Under the pieces are notes generated by a model, which did no database searches, was not told the origin of the DNA, and saw nothing but the letters and a program-made list of their open reading frames with translations. 47,184 bases of DNA from Minisyncoccota bacterium (GTDB taxonomy: Bacteria; Patescibacteriota; Minisyncoccia; Phycocordibacterales; CAIRYW01). The stretch covers positions 1 to 47,184 of the forward strand of contig JBAYHV010000002.1 of NCBI GenBank assembly GCA_041665985.1. Reading direction: 5' to 3'. Made by a program: the position numbers and the translations under genes. Below, piece after piece: positions 1-10,736 of the stretch (positions are counted from its first letter, which is position 1; each line of letters starts with the position of its first letter).

Positions 1-3000
1 CATTGAAAGAAACAGTGGAACCGTTCACGAAATTTGTTCCATATACATGCATGGTGAATCCGAGGTCACCGACATTCTTTGAAGTTGGTGAAATACTTGT
101 TGTAGTTGGAAGTGGGTTGGTGATACTTGCAGTAGTCGTCGGTTGAATCAAATTATAATTTAAATAATCAGCACCAGTAATATAAAGACCAGAAATTGTA
201 ACAGTTTTTCCTGTGCCAACATTTGGATCATCAAAAGTTCCAACTGCAAGCGAGGTATTTAAATTTACAGAATCTCCGCTAATTACTCCAACTAAATTTG
301 CACCGCCTAAATTTAAAGTAGATGATGCTGTTCCGTCATAAACTTTATCGTTGGCAGTAATTCCGTTAACAGTAAGATTGATAGCGTTAATATTTGCAGT
401 AGTTGTTGGTTCTATAAGTGCATAATTTGAAGCTGAGGTTCCTGCGAGCGACTGTCCGCTAACATTTACTGTTTTATTGTTCCCAACATTTTTATCTAAA
501 AAATTTCCTACTGCAGTACCGGTCAAAGAAACATCATCGGAATTAACAATCCCAACTAGTGATCCTGGAGTTCCAGAAAGAGTTGCAGAAGTTCCTTGAT
601 CATATGGTTTGTTTGATGCAGTAATTCCTGAAACTGTTAAATTTTTTGCAGTAATAGTTTGTGATACAGGAGTTGATGTACTTTCAGAGTGTGTAGTATC
701 ACCAACATAAACTGCAGTAATAGAATGAGGAGAACCTATTACAGAAAGTGTTGAAGTTGAAAGGGTCGCTACTCCAGGATTTGCTCCGTTAAGAACTCCT
801 GTTCCAATAGTTGATCCTCCGTCTTTAAAAGTAACAGTTCCTGATGGTGCACCGCCGCTTGCAGGAGTTACAGTTGCACTAAAAATTACAGATGTTCCAT
901 ACTGTGAAGTGCTACTAGAGGTTGTAAGACCTGTCGTTGTGTTAATCGCATTAACTGTAAACATTTGACTGTTAGAAAGTCCTCCTCCTGGAGTTGGATT
1001 AAATACTGTTATTGAAGAAGTTCCAACTGTATTTAAATCAGTATTTAATATATCTCCAGATAATTCTGTAGGGCTTACATAATAAGTTGTTCTAGGCGAA
1101 CCATTAAAATTTACAATGGAATTAGAAACAAAATTTGTTCCATTAACAGTTAATGAAAATCCTGCATCACCTACCGTTTTTGAAGTTGGAGAAATCGATG
1201 TGGTTGTTGGAAGTGGATTTGAATAAAAATTCCAATTAATATTATTTCCACCATCAACATTTGTAATACTAGTTGCATTAACCGCTGTTCCACTACTTGC
1301 ATCAGAATACGATGGAGAAACATACATCACACTTTGTGTTAAAGGTGCACTAATTTGCCATTTTATTGGAATTGCTGATGGAACGAGGGTCAAAAGTTGT
1401 CCCGAAGCCCCGCTCAATGTCAAACTATTTGAAACGGTCTGAAGAACCCCACTCTGCAGAGTAACTGTTCTTGCAGAAGTTCCTGTTATTGAAAGATCGT
1501 ACCAAGTGTTCGCATTATTTATTGATTGATTGGCACCATTAAAATTAATAGTACTTGTGTTTGCTGTAAATATTCCAGAATTAGACCAGTTACCTGCTAC
1601 ATTATGAGTAAGTGCAGTACCTCCGTTAAAAGTTGTTCCGCTTCCAATTGAAATATTTCCACCAATTGTTAAACCAGAAGCGGCTGTAGCTGAAACCGTT
1701 CCATTTAAAGAAAAATCTCCTGCAATTGTCGTCACTCCTGTCATTGTTTTTGTATTACTACCACTTAAAGCAAGATCATAATAAGGTACAGATCTTATCG
1801 TTTGAGCTCCGCCAGTGTAATTTACAACGTTACCAGTAGCACTAGCTGAAAATGTTGCAATAGCAATTGTTGACCCGCCAAAATTTAATACCCCTGTAGA
1901 TCCTTGAGTAAATACCCCGCTACTTCCAGACAGTGCTGTAGAAACAGTTGTTGTTCCATTATTTGTATAAGTTGCACCAGCAATAAGAGCATTTAAGGTT
2001 GAAGCAGAAAATGTTCCATTGTTTGTATATGCTCCTCCGGCAAAGATTGCAGTTCCAGGAATTACAATTGCCGTTGTGCCGCTAAAAGTTTTATTTGATC
2101 CGCTAAAAGTATGACTTCCAGTATTTGCGGTAAAAGTTGTAGCATTGTTTACGATATTTCCATTAATTGTAATAGCTGAAACAGATGTCTCATTCCAAAC
2201 TCCACCAGAATTTATTGTAAGATCGCCGGAAAAAGTTTTATTACCTGTATTAGCAAGAGTTATTGTTCCTGAAACTGTCGTTGTTCCAGTCACATTAAGC
2301 GTCCAAGAATTTGTAACACCTGTAGCAAAAGTTGTTCCAGAATTCACTGTCAAATTTCCTCCAACAGCTAGAATCGCTCCTGTAGTTTTTGTTCCAGAAC
2401 CAGAGGTCGTTAAATTATAAAATGTATATGTAAATGGATTAACAGTTTGATTACCAAGAGCATTAAAATTTACTGTACCAGTAGATGGAGTAAATGTTCC
2501 CCTCGTCCCACTCATAAAAGTTCCGCCAGCATTTATAGTACCCGCACTAGAAAAAATAATTTGAGATGCAATGCCTGCTGAAGTTATGTTTCCTGAAATA
2601 GTTGCAGTTCCTGTAGAAATTAAAATACGACTAACTCTAGTAGTACCTGTACTACTAAGTAAAGCAACTGAAGGTGCCGAAAATGTTCCCCCATCCACAT
2701 TAATAGTATTAGAAACCCCTCCACTTCTCGGTCTTTGAATACTAACAGCTCCACTCGCTGTAAGTGATGATGCCGCATCAGCGAGATTGATTGCAGCCAC
2801 TCCGACTGTTCCTGTTGTAAAATTAATTGTTGTACAAAAGGCTGAATAACCAGAAGGAACGGTGACTATAATTCCAGAATTAATAGTTACTGAATCAGCT
2901 ACTCCTGGCACAGATGATCCTCCCCAAGTAACAGTACTATTCCAATCACCAGTCACAGAAGCTGTTCTTGCGGCAGCAAAAGTATTTTGAGGCAAAACAA

Positions 3001-3094
3001 TTAACGCCAAAATAATACTTAAAATTCCTGCAATAAAATATTTTAAGATCTTGGGTATTTTGTTTTCGGCTTTAAAGAGATTTTTAATTCGCAT
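1..3094 (-). CDS. Large secreted repeat-rich surface protein, C-terminus beyond the left edge
   Basis: Missing from the ORF track only because it has no stop inside the window. ATG at 3094 gives MRIKNLFKAENKIPKILKYFIAGILSIILALIVLPQNTFAAARTASVTGDW (signal peptide). The frame was checked open by hand at 3094-2940, 1261-1220 and 58-2 (...FTMHVYGTNFVNGSTVSFN). No complete minus ORF is listed here, consistent with one open frame. It has G/T/S/N-rich beta-strand repeats, an Ig-like stretch (GTVTFKDGGSTIGTG...HSITAVYVGD) and YDG-type repeats (NKPYDQGTSATL, NDKVYDGTASSTL). Confidence 0.75.
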   Translation of the reverse strand, partial: MRIKNLFKAENKIPKILKYFIAGILSIILALIVLPQNTFAAARTASVTGDWNSTVTWGGSSVPGVADSVTINSGIIVTVPSGYSAFCTTINFTTGTVGVAAINLADAASSLTASGAVSIQRPRSGGVSNTINVDGGTFSAPSVALLSSTGTTRVSRILISTGTATISGNITSAGIASQIIFSSAGTINAGGTFMSGTRGTFTPSTGTVNFNALGNQTVNPFTYTFYNLTTSGSGTKTTGAILAVGGNLTVNSGTTFATGVTNSWTLNVTGTTTVSGTITLANTGNKTFSGDLTINSGGVWNETSVSAITINGNIVNNATTFTANTGSHTFSGSNKTFSGTTAIVIPGTAIFAGGAYTNNGTFSASTLNALIAGATYTNNGTTTVSTALSGSSGVFTQGSTGVLNFGGSTIAIATFSASATGNVVNYTGGAQTIRSVPYYDLALSGSNTKTMTGVTTIAGDFSLNGTVSATAASGLTIGGNISIGSGTTFNGGTALTHNVAGNWSNSGIFTANTSTINFNGANQSINNANTWYDLSITGTSARTVTLQSGVLQTVSNSLTLSGASGQLLTLVPSAIPIKWQISAPLTQSVMYVSPSYSDASSGTAVNATSITNVDGGNNINWNFYSNPLPTTTSISPTSKTVGDAGFSLTVNGTNFVSNSIVNFNGSPRTTYYVSPTELSGDILNTDLNTVGTSSITVFNPTPGGGLSNSQMFTVNAINTTTGLTTSSSTSQYGTSVIFSATVTPASGGAPSGTVTFKDGGSTIGTGVLNGANPGVATLSTSTLSVIGSPHSITAVYVGDTTHSESTSTPVSQTITAKNLTVSGITASNKPYDQGTSATLSGTPGSLVGIVNSDDVSLTGTAVGNFLDKNVGNNKTVNVSGQSLAGTSASNYALIEPTTTANINAINLTVNGITANDKVYDGTASSTLNLGGANLVGVISGDSVNLNTSLAVGTFDDPNVGTGKTVTISGLYITGADYLNYNLIQPTTTASITNPLPTTTSISPTSKNVGDLGFTMHVYGTNFVNGSTVSFN

Positions 3095-3183
3095 TTAACT
3101 TATTTAGTTAACAAGAAACGAAACTTAAAGGCCCTGCACTATCAACTTACATTAAGAGACTATATAAAAGAGCGAAACTTTTT

Positions 3184-3576
3184 TTAAAGATTAGTCTTTG
3201 TTTTCTTTCTTCCCTCAAGACTATCTTTAACTTTTTCTACAACTTCTTCGATAGGATGTTGCGATTTTACGAAATAATCATCTGCGCCCATTTCGAGTGC
3301 TTTTTTAATTTCTGTATCGCCTCCGATATTTGAAAGCACTATTATAGGAATATGCTTCCATTCAGTATTTTTTTTCACTTCTTCGATCACAAAAAATCCA
3401 TCTCTCTTTGGCATAAGAAGATCAAGAAGAATAAGATCTGGCTGATCTTTTTTAATACTTTCGATCGCTTCATCTCCGTTCATTGCAACAGAGATCTTGT
3501 AACCTTCTACTTCTAGATTGTCTTTAAGAGCTTGCACTAGAAATCCTTCGTCTTCAACTATTAATATTTTGCTCAT
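3184..3576 (-). CDS. Single-domain response regulator (CheY-like receiver)
   Basis: 130 aa with receiver signature ILIVEDE, DLILLDLLMPKRDG, IPIIVLS and a conserved Lys region. No output domain. Confidence 0.9.
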   Translation of the reverse strand: MSKILIVEDEGFLVQALKDNLEVEGYKISVAMNGDEAIESIKKDQPDLILLDLLMPKRDGFFVIEEVKKNTEWKHIPIIVLSNIGGDTEIKKALEMGADDYFVKSQHPIEEVVEKVKDSLEGRKKTKTNL

Positions 3577-3648
3577 AATTTATATTTGATTATTTTTTAA
3601 ATTAATTAACGATACTCAGATCGACCGTTCTTAGATTGTTTTAACAAA

Positions 3649-6600
3649 TTATACCACAGGTTTTTTAGGAATATGCAAGTAAAATGTCGTACCTTTATTC
3701 TCTTCCGATTCAAATGTTATTTTTGCTCCAATCCTTTTAGCAAGCAAAGATGAGGTATAAAGACCAAGTCCTGAGCCTCCTGGTTTAACTATTTTGGCGT
3801 TTGAACCACGATAAAATCTTTCAAAGATCCTACCTTTATCATCTTTTGGGATTCCAATACCGCTATCTTTTACAGAAAATACAGTTTCCTCTGGACTCTC
3901 ACTCATATCAAAAACTATTTCTTGTCCACTTTCAGAATAACAAATTGCGTTAGAGATAAAATTTTCCAGAATGGTCCTTAGCACTATAAAATCTGATTGA
4001 ATGAAAAATTCTTCACCATTTTTTAATGCACTACGAAGTAGTATGCTTTTACTTTTAGCTGCAGGATCCATTATTAAGGATAGATCCTCATACAGTTTAG
4101 GAACTAATACTTTTTCTTTTTTCATCTTTATGCTTCCACTCTCCAATGTTAGTACATTCAAAATATCAGAAACCAAATTTATCATTCTTTCATTTATCTG
4201 GTAAAGAGTTTCGAGATATTCTTTTTGTTTAGGATTAGATTCCCCAGTTACACCTCTTTGAATTGTCTCGATCAACCACTTGGTTCCAGAAAGAGGAGTT
4301 CGTAATTGATGAGAAACCAAAGACAAAAAATCTACTCGCAATTTTTCAATTTCTTTTTCCCTTGTAACATCATGAAATGTTGCTACCGATGCGTACGGTT
4401 CAGAATCATTATTTGAAAAAAGCGGTTCTGCATTGATAGAGATCCAAATAACAGAACCTCTATTATTATCAATTCCAAACAATATATCGTTTTGTGATCT
4501 TCCAGTCTTCAATGAAACCATAGCGGGATGATCTTTTTCCAAAAAAACAGTTCCATCTTCGTGAATAAATTTAACATTAGGATTGTGCTGCTCTAAAGTC
4601 TTTCCTATTACTTCTTTCGAATCTAATGAAAGAATTTTTTCTGCAGCAGGATTGATCATTGTCACTTCTCCTTTTTTATTATGAAAGATTATTCCTTCAT
4701 CCATTGTTGTAACAATTGAATGGAAAAGTTCTTCACTTTCCTTCAACTTTTGCTCTATTGATTTGCGCTCAGTGATATCTTCAACCATTCCTAGGAAATA
4801 TCTAAATGATCCGTCAGAATTCCTAATAATAGAAACAAGTAAATTTACCCAAATTTCCTGGCCATTCTTTTTTATATATCTCTTCTCTGTATGATAATAA
4901 GGGATCTCACCGCTGATCATTTTTGGTACGCTTTCAGTATCAGTCTTTATATTTTCTGCATGTGTAATTTCTGAAAACTTTTTTCCGATCAATTCTTCCT
5001 CAGTGTAACCAAGCATTTTACAAAAAGCCGGATTAACCTTAAAAAACTTAGAATCAGAACCTGTCAAAATAACTCCGTACATACCATTTTCAAAAATTTT
5101 TCGGAATTGCTCTTCACTCTCTCTAATTTTTTCTTCAGAGTTTCTACGCTCAGTAGTATCTCTAAAAATACCTATGAGATATTTTTTACCATTCATAGTT
5201 ACAGGAGAAGAGTTAATATCGCAGTAAAAAACCGTACCATCTTTTCTCTTAACTCGAAGATCTTTTGCCACCTTTAATTCTTTTCGGGCTTGCTTTTCGA
5301 ATTGTTCAAAGACATTTGGCAGATCCTCATTAGGATGAATATCTGTAACGCCTAATTTTAGGATCTCATCAGAATTATATCCAAGCATTTCACAGAATGC
5401 GGTATTGCCAAGAATAAATTTCTTAGTTTCCAGATCCGCCAAAATAATTCCGTCATTTGTATTATCAAAAATAGCTTTAAACCTTTCTTCGGCATATTCT
5501 TTCAGTTTTTCATCGAGTTTTTTTCGTTCGGTAATATCTCTAACCAAGGCATGCAAGAATGTTTTTCCGTCTTGTTCTACTCTTGATAACAACACTTCCG
5601 CAGGAAATTCTTCGCCATTTAATCTCTTATGTGTCCATTCAAAAAAATTTGATCCTTCCTCCATCGCTTTATCTATCATCTTTCTTGCTTTTTCCATAGA
5701 ATCCTGTCCATCTGATTGAAATTTTGGAGATAGATTCCAAGGCTCGTGGAACAAGAAATCCCCTTCATTTTTTGCTCCAAACATTTTTATCGCAGTAGGG
5801 TTCCCTGAAGAAAATTTCCAAGAAGGACCTTCAAGTGTCATGATCGCATCTCGTGATGATACAAAAAGCGCTTTATATCTGTCGGTACTTGCTTTCAATA
5901 GTTCTTCCTCGAGTAATTTACTTTTAATATTTATGCGCAGAGAAGTAATACCGAAGGCAAGGTCATTCGCCAATTCCTCTAATATTTTTATTTCATCCTC
6001 AGAAAATGCATTAATATCTTCTGCAAAGATACTGAATGCTCCAAAAGTTTGTTCGCCATCGCTTAATGGCAGTGATATGACAGATTGATAACCGCGCTTC
6101 AAAGCCCTTGCGCGCCAATCATCATTCAACTCTGCTAAAGAAATATTTTGAGCGATATATGTTTTTCCTGTGCGTATCGCTATGCCAATTGGAATTCGTC
6201 CCTTATCAGTGTCAGACCATGTTGGTTGAATGGATTCAAAAAATCCTGATTCAAATCCTTCAAAAACAACTGGGCGTATAGTTTTTTCTTTATCATCCTC
6301 CCTAAAGCCTATCCACAACATTTTGTATCCTCCAAACGCATTTACAATATTACAAATTTTATTCAATAATAATTTCTCGTCAGTCGAATGAATAAGCGCC
6401 TGATTAACATCGCTCAACATGCGCAAATTGCGATTCTTCCGTACAAGTTCTTCTTCTGCCAACTTTAGACTGGTTACGTCTCGAGCAGCTGCAAAAACTC
6501 CTTCAATATCTCCGGCTTCATTTTTATACACCGTAGCGTTATACAAAACATCGGTCGTCCTTCCAGAAGTATGTTTTATTGTAAGAGGATAATCTTTTAC

Positions 6601-8529
6601 AAAACCATTTTTCAAAACTTCCTTGTAACCTTCATCTGCTTTTTTTGGTTCTGTAAAATAATTAGAAAAATCATCTCCGACAAGCTGTTCGCGCGGAACT
6701 CCAGTTACGGTCTCAGTTGCTTCATTGACGTCAGTGATCTTGCCATCTTTTCCAATAGTTACTAAAGGATCAAGACTTATCTCTATAAGTCGTCGGTTAT
6801 ACGCACTAGCGATTCGCAACATTTCATCTTTTTTCTTTCGTTCAGTTACATCCCGTCCAATTGTTGAAGCTCCGATCAATTTTCCTTCGGCGTTCACAAC
6901 AGGCGAAACAGTAAGAGACACCGGAATTTCAGTACCATCTTTTTTAAGTCGTACTGTTTCATAGTGCACAACACTTTCTCCTTTTTTTATTTTTTCAAGA
7001 AGTTCAGGAATATCATTTTTATGACTTGTTGGCGCTAAAATTGAAATTGGCTTTCCAACCACTTCACTTTCAATATAACCATAAATTTTTTGAGCTCCTT
7101 TATTCCAACTTGTAATAATTCCGTCCAATGTCTTACCGATAATAGCATCATCTGATGATTGAACGATCTCAGCAAGTTGATTTATTTTTTCTTCGAGTAA
7201 TTTATGCTCAGCGTTTGTGCGCTCTGCCGTAATACCAAACGCAAGATCTTTTGACATTTCATCCAATATTTTTACTTCCTCATCATTGAATGCATTCAAT
7301 TCACCTGAATAGATTGAGATCACTCCGAATACTTTTTCATCATTAATGATAGGCAAAGCAATACTTGATCTATATCCTCTCTTCAAAGCCTCTTCTCTCC
7401 AAGGAACCATTGATGGGTTTGTCGCAATATCGCTCGCAATATTTATTTTTCCCGTCCTTACAGCAACTCCTGTTGGTCCACGACCTCGTTCAGAGTCTTC
7501 CCAAGTAAGATCGAGAGTTTCTAAATATCCAGCCTCAAACCCTGCACTTGCAACAGGGCGTATAGTTTTAGTCTGATCATTTTCTGCAAATCCAACCCAT
7601 GCTAATTTGTAGCTACCCTCTTTTACAATAATTTTGCAAACTTCATCTAACAGTGATCTTTCGTCTATAGTATGAATAAGGGCCTGATTGACATTACTCA
7701 ACATACGCAATGCACGATTCTTTTGCTGGATCTCTTTCTCAGATTCTACATGCATTTGGTCAAACTTTTTCAAACTATCAGACATATGATTAAATGTGTC
7801 TGCTAATTCTCCTACCTCGTCATTGGTATACGTATCTATATGAACACCTAGATTTCCTTTTTCAAGTTTTTCGGCAGATCTTTTCAGATCAAATATTGGT
7901 TTTGCAATTTTACCAGAGATCAAAATTGATACTAAAATACATATAATTAGAAATATAATTAGAAATATAATATTTATTTCAATTGACTTATTTTGCTGAA
8001 CCAACAAAGCGTTATTGGAATAATTGAAAACCAAATAGCCAGCAACATCGTTCTCAATTTTTACTGGTATCAAAATAATAAAATGTCCATTTTCTTCCAA
8101 TGTTGCTACCTTTTTTTTCGCAATTAAATTTTTGATAGATGGTTGGATATAATCCTGCCCCGAATCTACCATTTGAGTAATACGGCTTTCTATTAAAATA
8201 ATCTTTCCGTCGTTATTTAAAAATTCAATTTTTTCTAATTCGTTGATATTATTCAGTATCTTATCCAGAATATTTTTTCCTTCTAACTTAACATAAACAT
8301 CTACGAAATTTAATTTCTCCGCCTGAGTACCCAATACCGATAACCTTTTATTTAATGCATTAACAAATTCCAGAGAATAATTTCCTGCCTTATCCACCAT
8401 ATTGCTAAATAACACTAACCTAACTTGATTTATTTGAATTATAGTGGAAATACCTTGCAGACAAAAAACCAAAATAAAAGTAAACAGAATGATTTTATTA
8501 CGAAGTGACCAAAATTTTATTTTAAACAT
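3649..8529 (-). CDS. Giant multi-sensor histidine kinase (TM sensor, HAMP, 2 GAF, about 7 PAS/PAC, HisKA, HATPase_c)
   Basis: 1626 aa. Two TM segments bracket an N-terminal sensor region, followed by a HAMP-like DEVGELADTFNHM. There are two GAF-like blocks (LAWVGFAENDQ..., MLWIGFREDDK...) and recurrent PAS units ending in D(I/V)TERK. H-box FLSLVSHQLRTPLSG; G-boxes DSGIGIP and GGSGLGLY. Confidence 0.9.
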   Translation of the reverse strand: MFKIKFWSLRNKIILFTFILVFCLQGISTIIQINQVRLVLFSNMVDKAGNYSLEFVNALNKRLSVLGTQAEKLNFVDVYVKLEGKNILDKILNNINELEKIEFLNNDGKIILIESRITQMVDSGQDYIQPSIKNLIAKKKVATLEENGHFIILIPVKIENDVAGYLVFNYSNNALLVQQNKSIEINIIFLIIFLIICILVSILISGKIAKPIFDLKRSAEKLEKGNLGVHIDTYTNDEVGELADTFNHMSDSLKKFDQMHVESEKEIQQKNRALRMLSNVNQALIHTIDERSLLDEVCKIIVKEGSYKLAWVGFAENDQTKTIRPVASAGFEAGYLETLDLTWEDSERGRGPTGVAVRTGKINIASDIATNPSMVPWREEALKRGYRSSIALPIINDEKVFGVISIYSGELNAFNDEEVKILDEMSKDLAFGITAERTNAEHKLLEEKINQLAEIVQSSDDAIIGKTLDGIITSWNKGAQKIYGYIESEVVGKPISILAPTSHKNDIPELLEKIKKGESVVHYETVRLKKDGTEIPVSLTVSPVVNAEGKLIGASTIGRDVTERKKKDEMLRIASAYNRRLIEISLDPLVTIGKDGKITDVNEATETVTGVPREQLVGDDFSNYFTEPKKADEGYKEVLKNGFVKDYPLTIKHTSGRTTDVLYNATVYKNEAGDIEGVFAAARDVTSLKLAEEELVRKNRNLRMLSDVNQALIHSTDEKLLLNKICNIVNAFGGYKMLWIGFREDDKEKTIRPVVFEGFESGFFESIQPTWSDTDKGRIPIGIAIRTGKTYIAQNISLAELNDDWRARALKRGYQSVISLPLSDGEQTFGAFSIFAEDINAFSEDEIKILEELANDLAFGITSLRINIKSKLLEEELLKASTDRYKALFVSSRDAIMTLEGPSWKFSSGNPTAIKMFGAKNEGDFLFHEPWNLSPKFQSDGQDSMEKARKMIDKAMEEGSNFFEWTHKRLNGEEFPAEVLLSRVEQDGKTFLHALVRDITERKKLDEKLKEYAEERFKAIFDNTNDGIILADLETKKFILGNTAFCEMLGYNSDEILKLGVTDIHPNEDLPNVFEQFEKQARKELKVAKDLRVKRKDGTVFYCDINSSPVTMNGKKYLIGIFRDTTERRNSEEKIRESEEQFRKIFENGMYGVILTGSDSKFFKVNPAFCKMLGYTEEELIGKKFSEITHAENIKTDTESVPKMISGEIPYYHTEKRYIKKNGQEIWVNLLVSIIRNSDGSFRYFLGMVEDITERKSIEQKLKESEELFHSIVTTMDEGIIFHNKKGEVTMINPAAEKILSLDSKEVIGKTLEQHNPNVKFIHEDGTVFLEKDHPAMVSLKTGRSQNDILFGIDNNRGSVIWISINAEPLFSNNDSEPYASVATFHDVTREKEIEKLRVDFLSLVSHQLRTPLSGTKWLIETIQRGVTGESNPKQKEYLETLYQINERMINLVSDILNVLTLESGSIKMKKEKVLVPKLYEDLSLIMDPAAKSKSILLRSALKNGEEFFIQSDFIVLRTILENFISNAICYSESGQEIVFDMSESPEETVFSVKDSGIGIPKDDKGRIFERFYRGSNAKIVKPGGSGLGLYTSSLLAKRIGAKITFESEENKGTTFYLHIPKKPVV

Positions 8530-8530
8530 T

Positions 8531-9577
8531 TTAATCTAGAAAATAACCCACATTTGTCTTATTAACTAAAATTCCTGGGATTAACTTTATTTTTTCAACT
8601 GTTTTTTTATTAAGATAATCCATAATGGTCTCTACCCCTGCTATCGCCTCTTGTTTTATAGGTTGAGCAACGACTGCTAAAATTTTTCCAGCTTGTATAT
8701 CCTTAAAGGCTTCTTGCAATCCATCAAAGCCAATTAGAATAATTTTTCCTTGTAATCCTTTGTCCTCTACAGCCTTCTCTGCGCTAATTATTCCAGGATC
8801 CCAACAACCAAAGATAGCTGTAATATTATTTGGTTTAGATAATTCTTCATTCGCATACTGATAAGCCTTTTCTATCTGCCAATCAGCATAGCGAGAAATT
8901 ACATTCATTCCTGCTTTTTCTGCCTTTTCTCTTACTCCTTTTTCCGATGCAATACTATTCGGATGAGTCTTTTCTCCACAAAGTATTAATACTGTTCCTT
9001 TTGCTTTTGTAGCATTAACAATAAAATCTCCAGCGACCCTCGCATTTTCAAGATTATCAGTTGCAATAAAACTCACAATAGCCGGGCTATCTACAGCTGT
9101 ATCAATTGCCACTACTGGAATATTCGCTTTATACGCTCGGTCTAATACAGTAAGAAGGGTTGACGGAAGATTGGCACCAAGAATAATTCCGTCCACATGT
9201 TGATCTATCGCTAGATTTAGAGAAGCTATTTGTGCATCTGGAGAAGCAATCTCTGAAGTTAGATCCATAAAAATTATTTTTCTTGCCAAAGCGGCCTCTT
9301 CAGAAAATTTACCCATCGCTACCCAGAATGGCTGTCCGCTTGTTCCAAATCCAACATATGCAATTTTTTTATAAGCTTCTGTATTATTTGTAATAGCATT
9401 ATTATTTTCTTTTACTACATTATCTAAGTTAAAAGAATTTTGAAAATAAAAATATGTTCCAACAAATAATATAGCTATTATTAAGGCAAAAGAAACCATT
9501 ATATATCGTTTTTTGGACCCGCTACCTTTTTCACCACCAACTATTGAAATATTTTTTTTGTTTTCGATCTGATCCAT
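8531..9577 (-). CDS. Membrane-anchored periplasmic-binding-protein fold, ribose/galactose type (RbsB/LacI-like, Peripla_BP_4-like)
   Basis: 348 aa with an N-terminal TM anchor, then motifs VDGIILGA, PVVAIDT, GCWDPG and LIGFDG typical of sugar-type binding proteins. Its stop lies 1 nt from the kinase start (8529/8531). Confidence 0.75.
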   Translation of the reverse strand: MDQIENKKNISIVGGEKGSGSKKRYIMVSFALIIAILFVGTYFYFQNSFNLDNVVKENNNAITNNTEAYKKIAYVGFGTSGQPFWVAMGKFSEEAALARKIIFMDLTSEIASPDAQIASLNLAIDQHVDGIILGANLPSTLLTVLDRAYKANIPVVAIDTAVDSPAIVSFIATDNLENARVAGDFIVNATKAKGTVLILCGEKTHPNSIASEKGVREKAEKAGMNVISRYADWQIEKAYQYANEELSKPNNITAIFGCWDPGIISAEKAVEDKGLQGKIILIGFDGLQEAFKDIQAGKILAVVAQPIKQEAIAGVETIMDYLNKKTVEKIKLIPGILVNKTNVGYFLD

Positions 9578-9856
9578 ATTTTTAATTTAAACTAATAATG
9601 CCAAATTCAAAAAATAATTCGTGCAATTTTTAATTTAGTTATATGTGTTAGTAAGAACATTAAAATAGACGAGTGAATTACACACTTGATCTGTCTCTTT
9701 AATTGTACGCCTAGTAGAATATATTTAAAACAACAAAAAGTGCATATCTTTTAGAAAAATCCTTCACTTTACTTTTGCACCGTCCTCATTTGTTGTCATA
9801 AAAAAAGTAGTATAATTAAGACCTAGTTTAAAAGCTTAATTAAATAAAGAATATAT

Positions 9857-10597
9857 ATGAAATATAAATATTTATTGGCAAGTTTCGTAGTCGTAGCAGG
9901 AGCTTTTGCTTTTTCTGCTGTGCAAGCAGAAGATTCTGAAGGTCTATCTGTAAGTGCTAGTATCAAAGTAGAAAACGATAGCAATCGTGATAACGACAAA
10001 AAAGTCTCTTTAGAAAATTCTGACAGAGTTGAAGTAAATTCAACCAGCACAGATTCTAAGGATGAAGACCGCAATTCAACATCTACTGAAAGAAGTGACA
10101 AAAATAAAGAAAATGGAACAAGTACAAGAGACAAGGAAGATGATAATGCTACATCAACTGAATCTAGAGGTGAATTCGAATCTGAATCACATCGTAGTGT
10201 AGTAGCAACATTTGTTAAATCACTTCTAAAAGTAGCCGACAGAGAAGGTGGTATTGGAGAACAAGTTCGAGAAATTGCTCGAAAACAAAACGAGTCTGCA
10301 ACAACAACAGTAGAAGCTGCTGTGAAAGTTGAAAAAGTTAATCCTATCAAAAAATTCTTTTTTGGAAGCGATTACAAAAATCTTGGAATTTTAAAAAGTG
10401 AATTAGCAACAACAACTAGCAACATTGATCAGCTTAAGTCTCTTCTTGCTAGCACAACAAATGCAACCGATCGTGCTTCAATAAGTGCACAGATACAAGC
10501 TCTAGAAACAGAACAAGTAAAAATAAATGCTTTTATAGATGCAAACGAAAATATCTTTAGTCTTTTCGGTTGGTTTGTAAAAATGTTTAATAGATAA
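9857..10597 (+). CDS. Secreted hypothetical protein with an acidic S/T/D/E-rich region and a coiled C-terminal part
   Basis: 246 aa with signal peptide MKYKYLLASFVVVAGAFAFSAVQAED. A strong terminator follows. Confidence 0.7.
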   Translation: MKYKYLLASFVVVAGAFAFSAVQAEDSEGLSVSASIKVENDSNRDNDKKVSLENSDRVEVNSTSTDSKDEDRNSTSTERSDKNKENGTSTRDKEDDNATSTESRGEFESESHRSVVATFVKSLLKVADREGGIGEQVREIARKQNESATTTVEAAVKVEKVNPIKKFFFGSDYKNLGILKSELATTTSNIDQLKSLLASTTNATDRASISAQIQALETEQVKINAFIDANENIFSLFGWFVKMFNR

Positions 10598-10620
10598 TTA
10601 AATCTAACAATCGATCTCAA

Positions 10621-10653
10621 AAAACCGTTCGCCTAAGGCGAACGGTTTTTTTT
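10621..10653 (+). terminator. Rho-independent terminator
   Basis: CCGTTCGCC TAA GGCGAACGG followed by T8, directly after the 9857..10597 stop. Confidence 0.85.
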
Positions 10654-10673
10654 GTCTTTCGCTTTCTAAAAAA

Positions 10674-10713
10674 AAGAGGCTAAGCCTTAAGGATTTTAAA
10701 AGGCTTAGCCTCT
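10674..10713. repeat. Pair of inverted REP-like units with core GAGGCT(A/T)AGCCT
   Basis: AAGAGGCTAAGCCTT (10674-10688) and AAGGCTTAGCCTCTT (10699-10713). Same core as the hairpins flanking the RAYT gene at 41858, 42546 and 42722. Confidence 0.6.
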
Positions 10714-10736
10714 TTTTTGAAAAAAATGTTATTATT

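Noticed and set aside
2145-2420. 91-aa plus-strand ORF from the track
   Set aside because: It lies antisense inside the long minus-strand surface-protein frame. Its V/P/T-rich composition is the mirror image of the repeat coding strand.
9823-10350. 175-aa minus-strand ORF
   Set aside because: It lies antisense to the signal-peptide-bearing 9857..10597 gene. The S/L-rich low-complexity sequence is typical of a shadow ORF.
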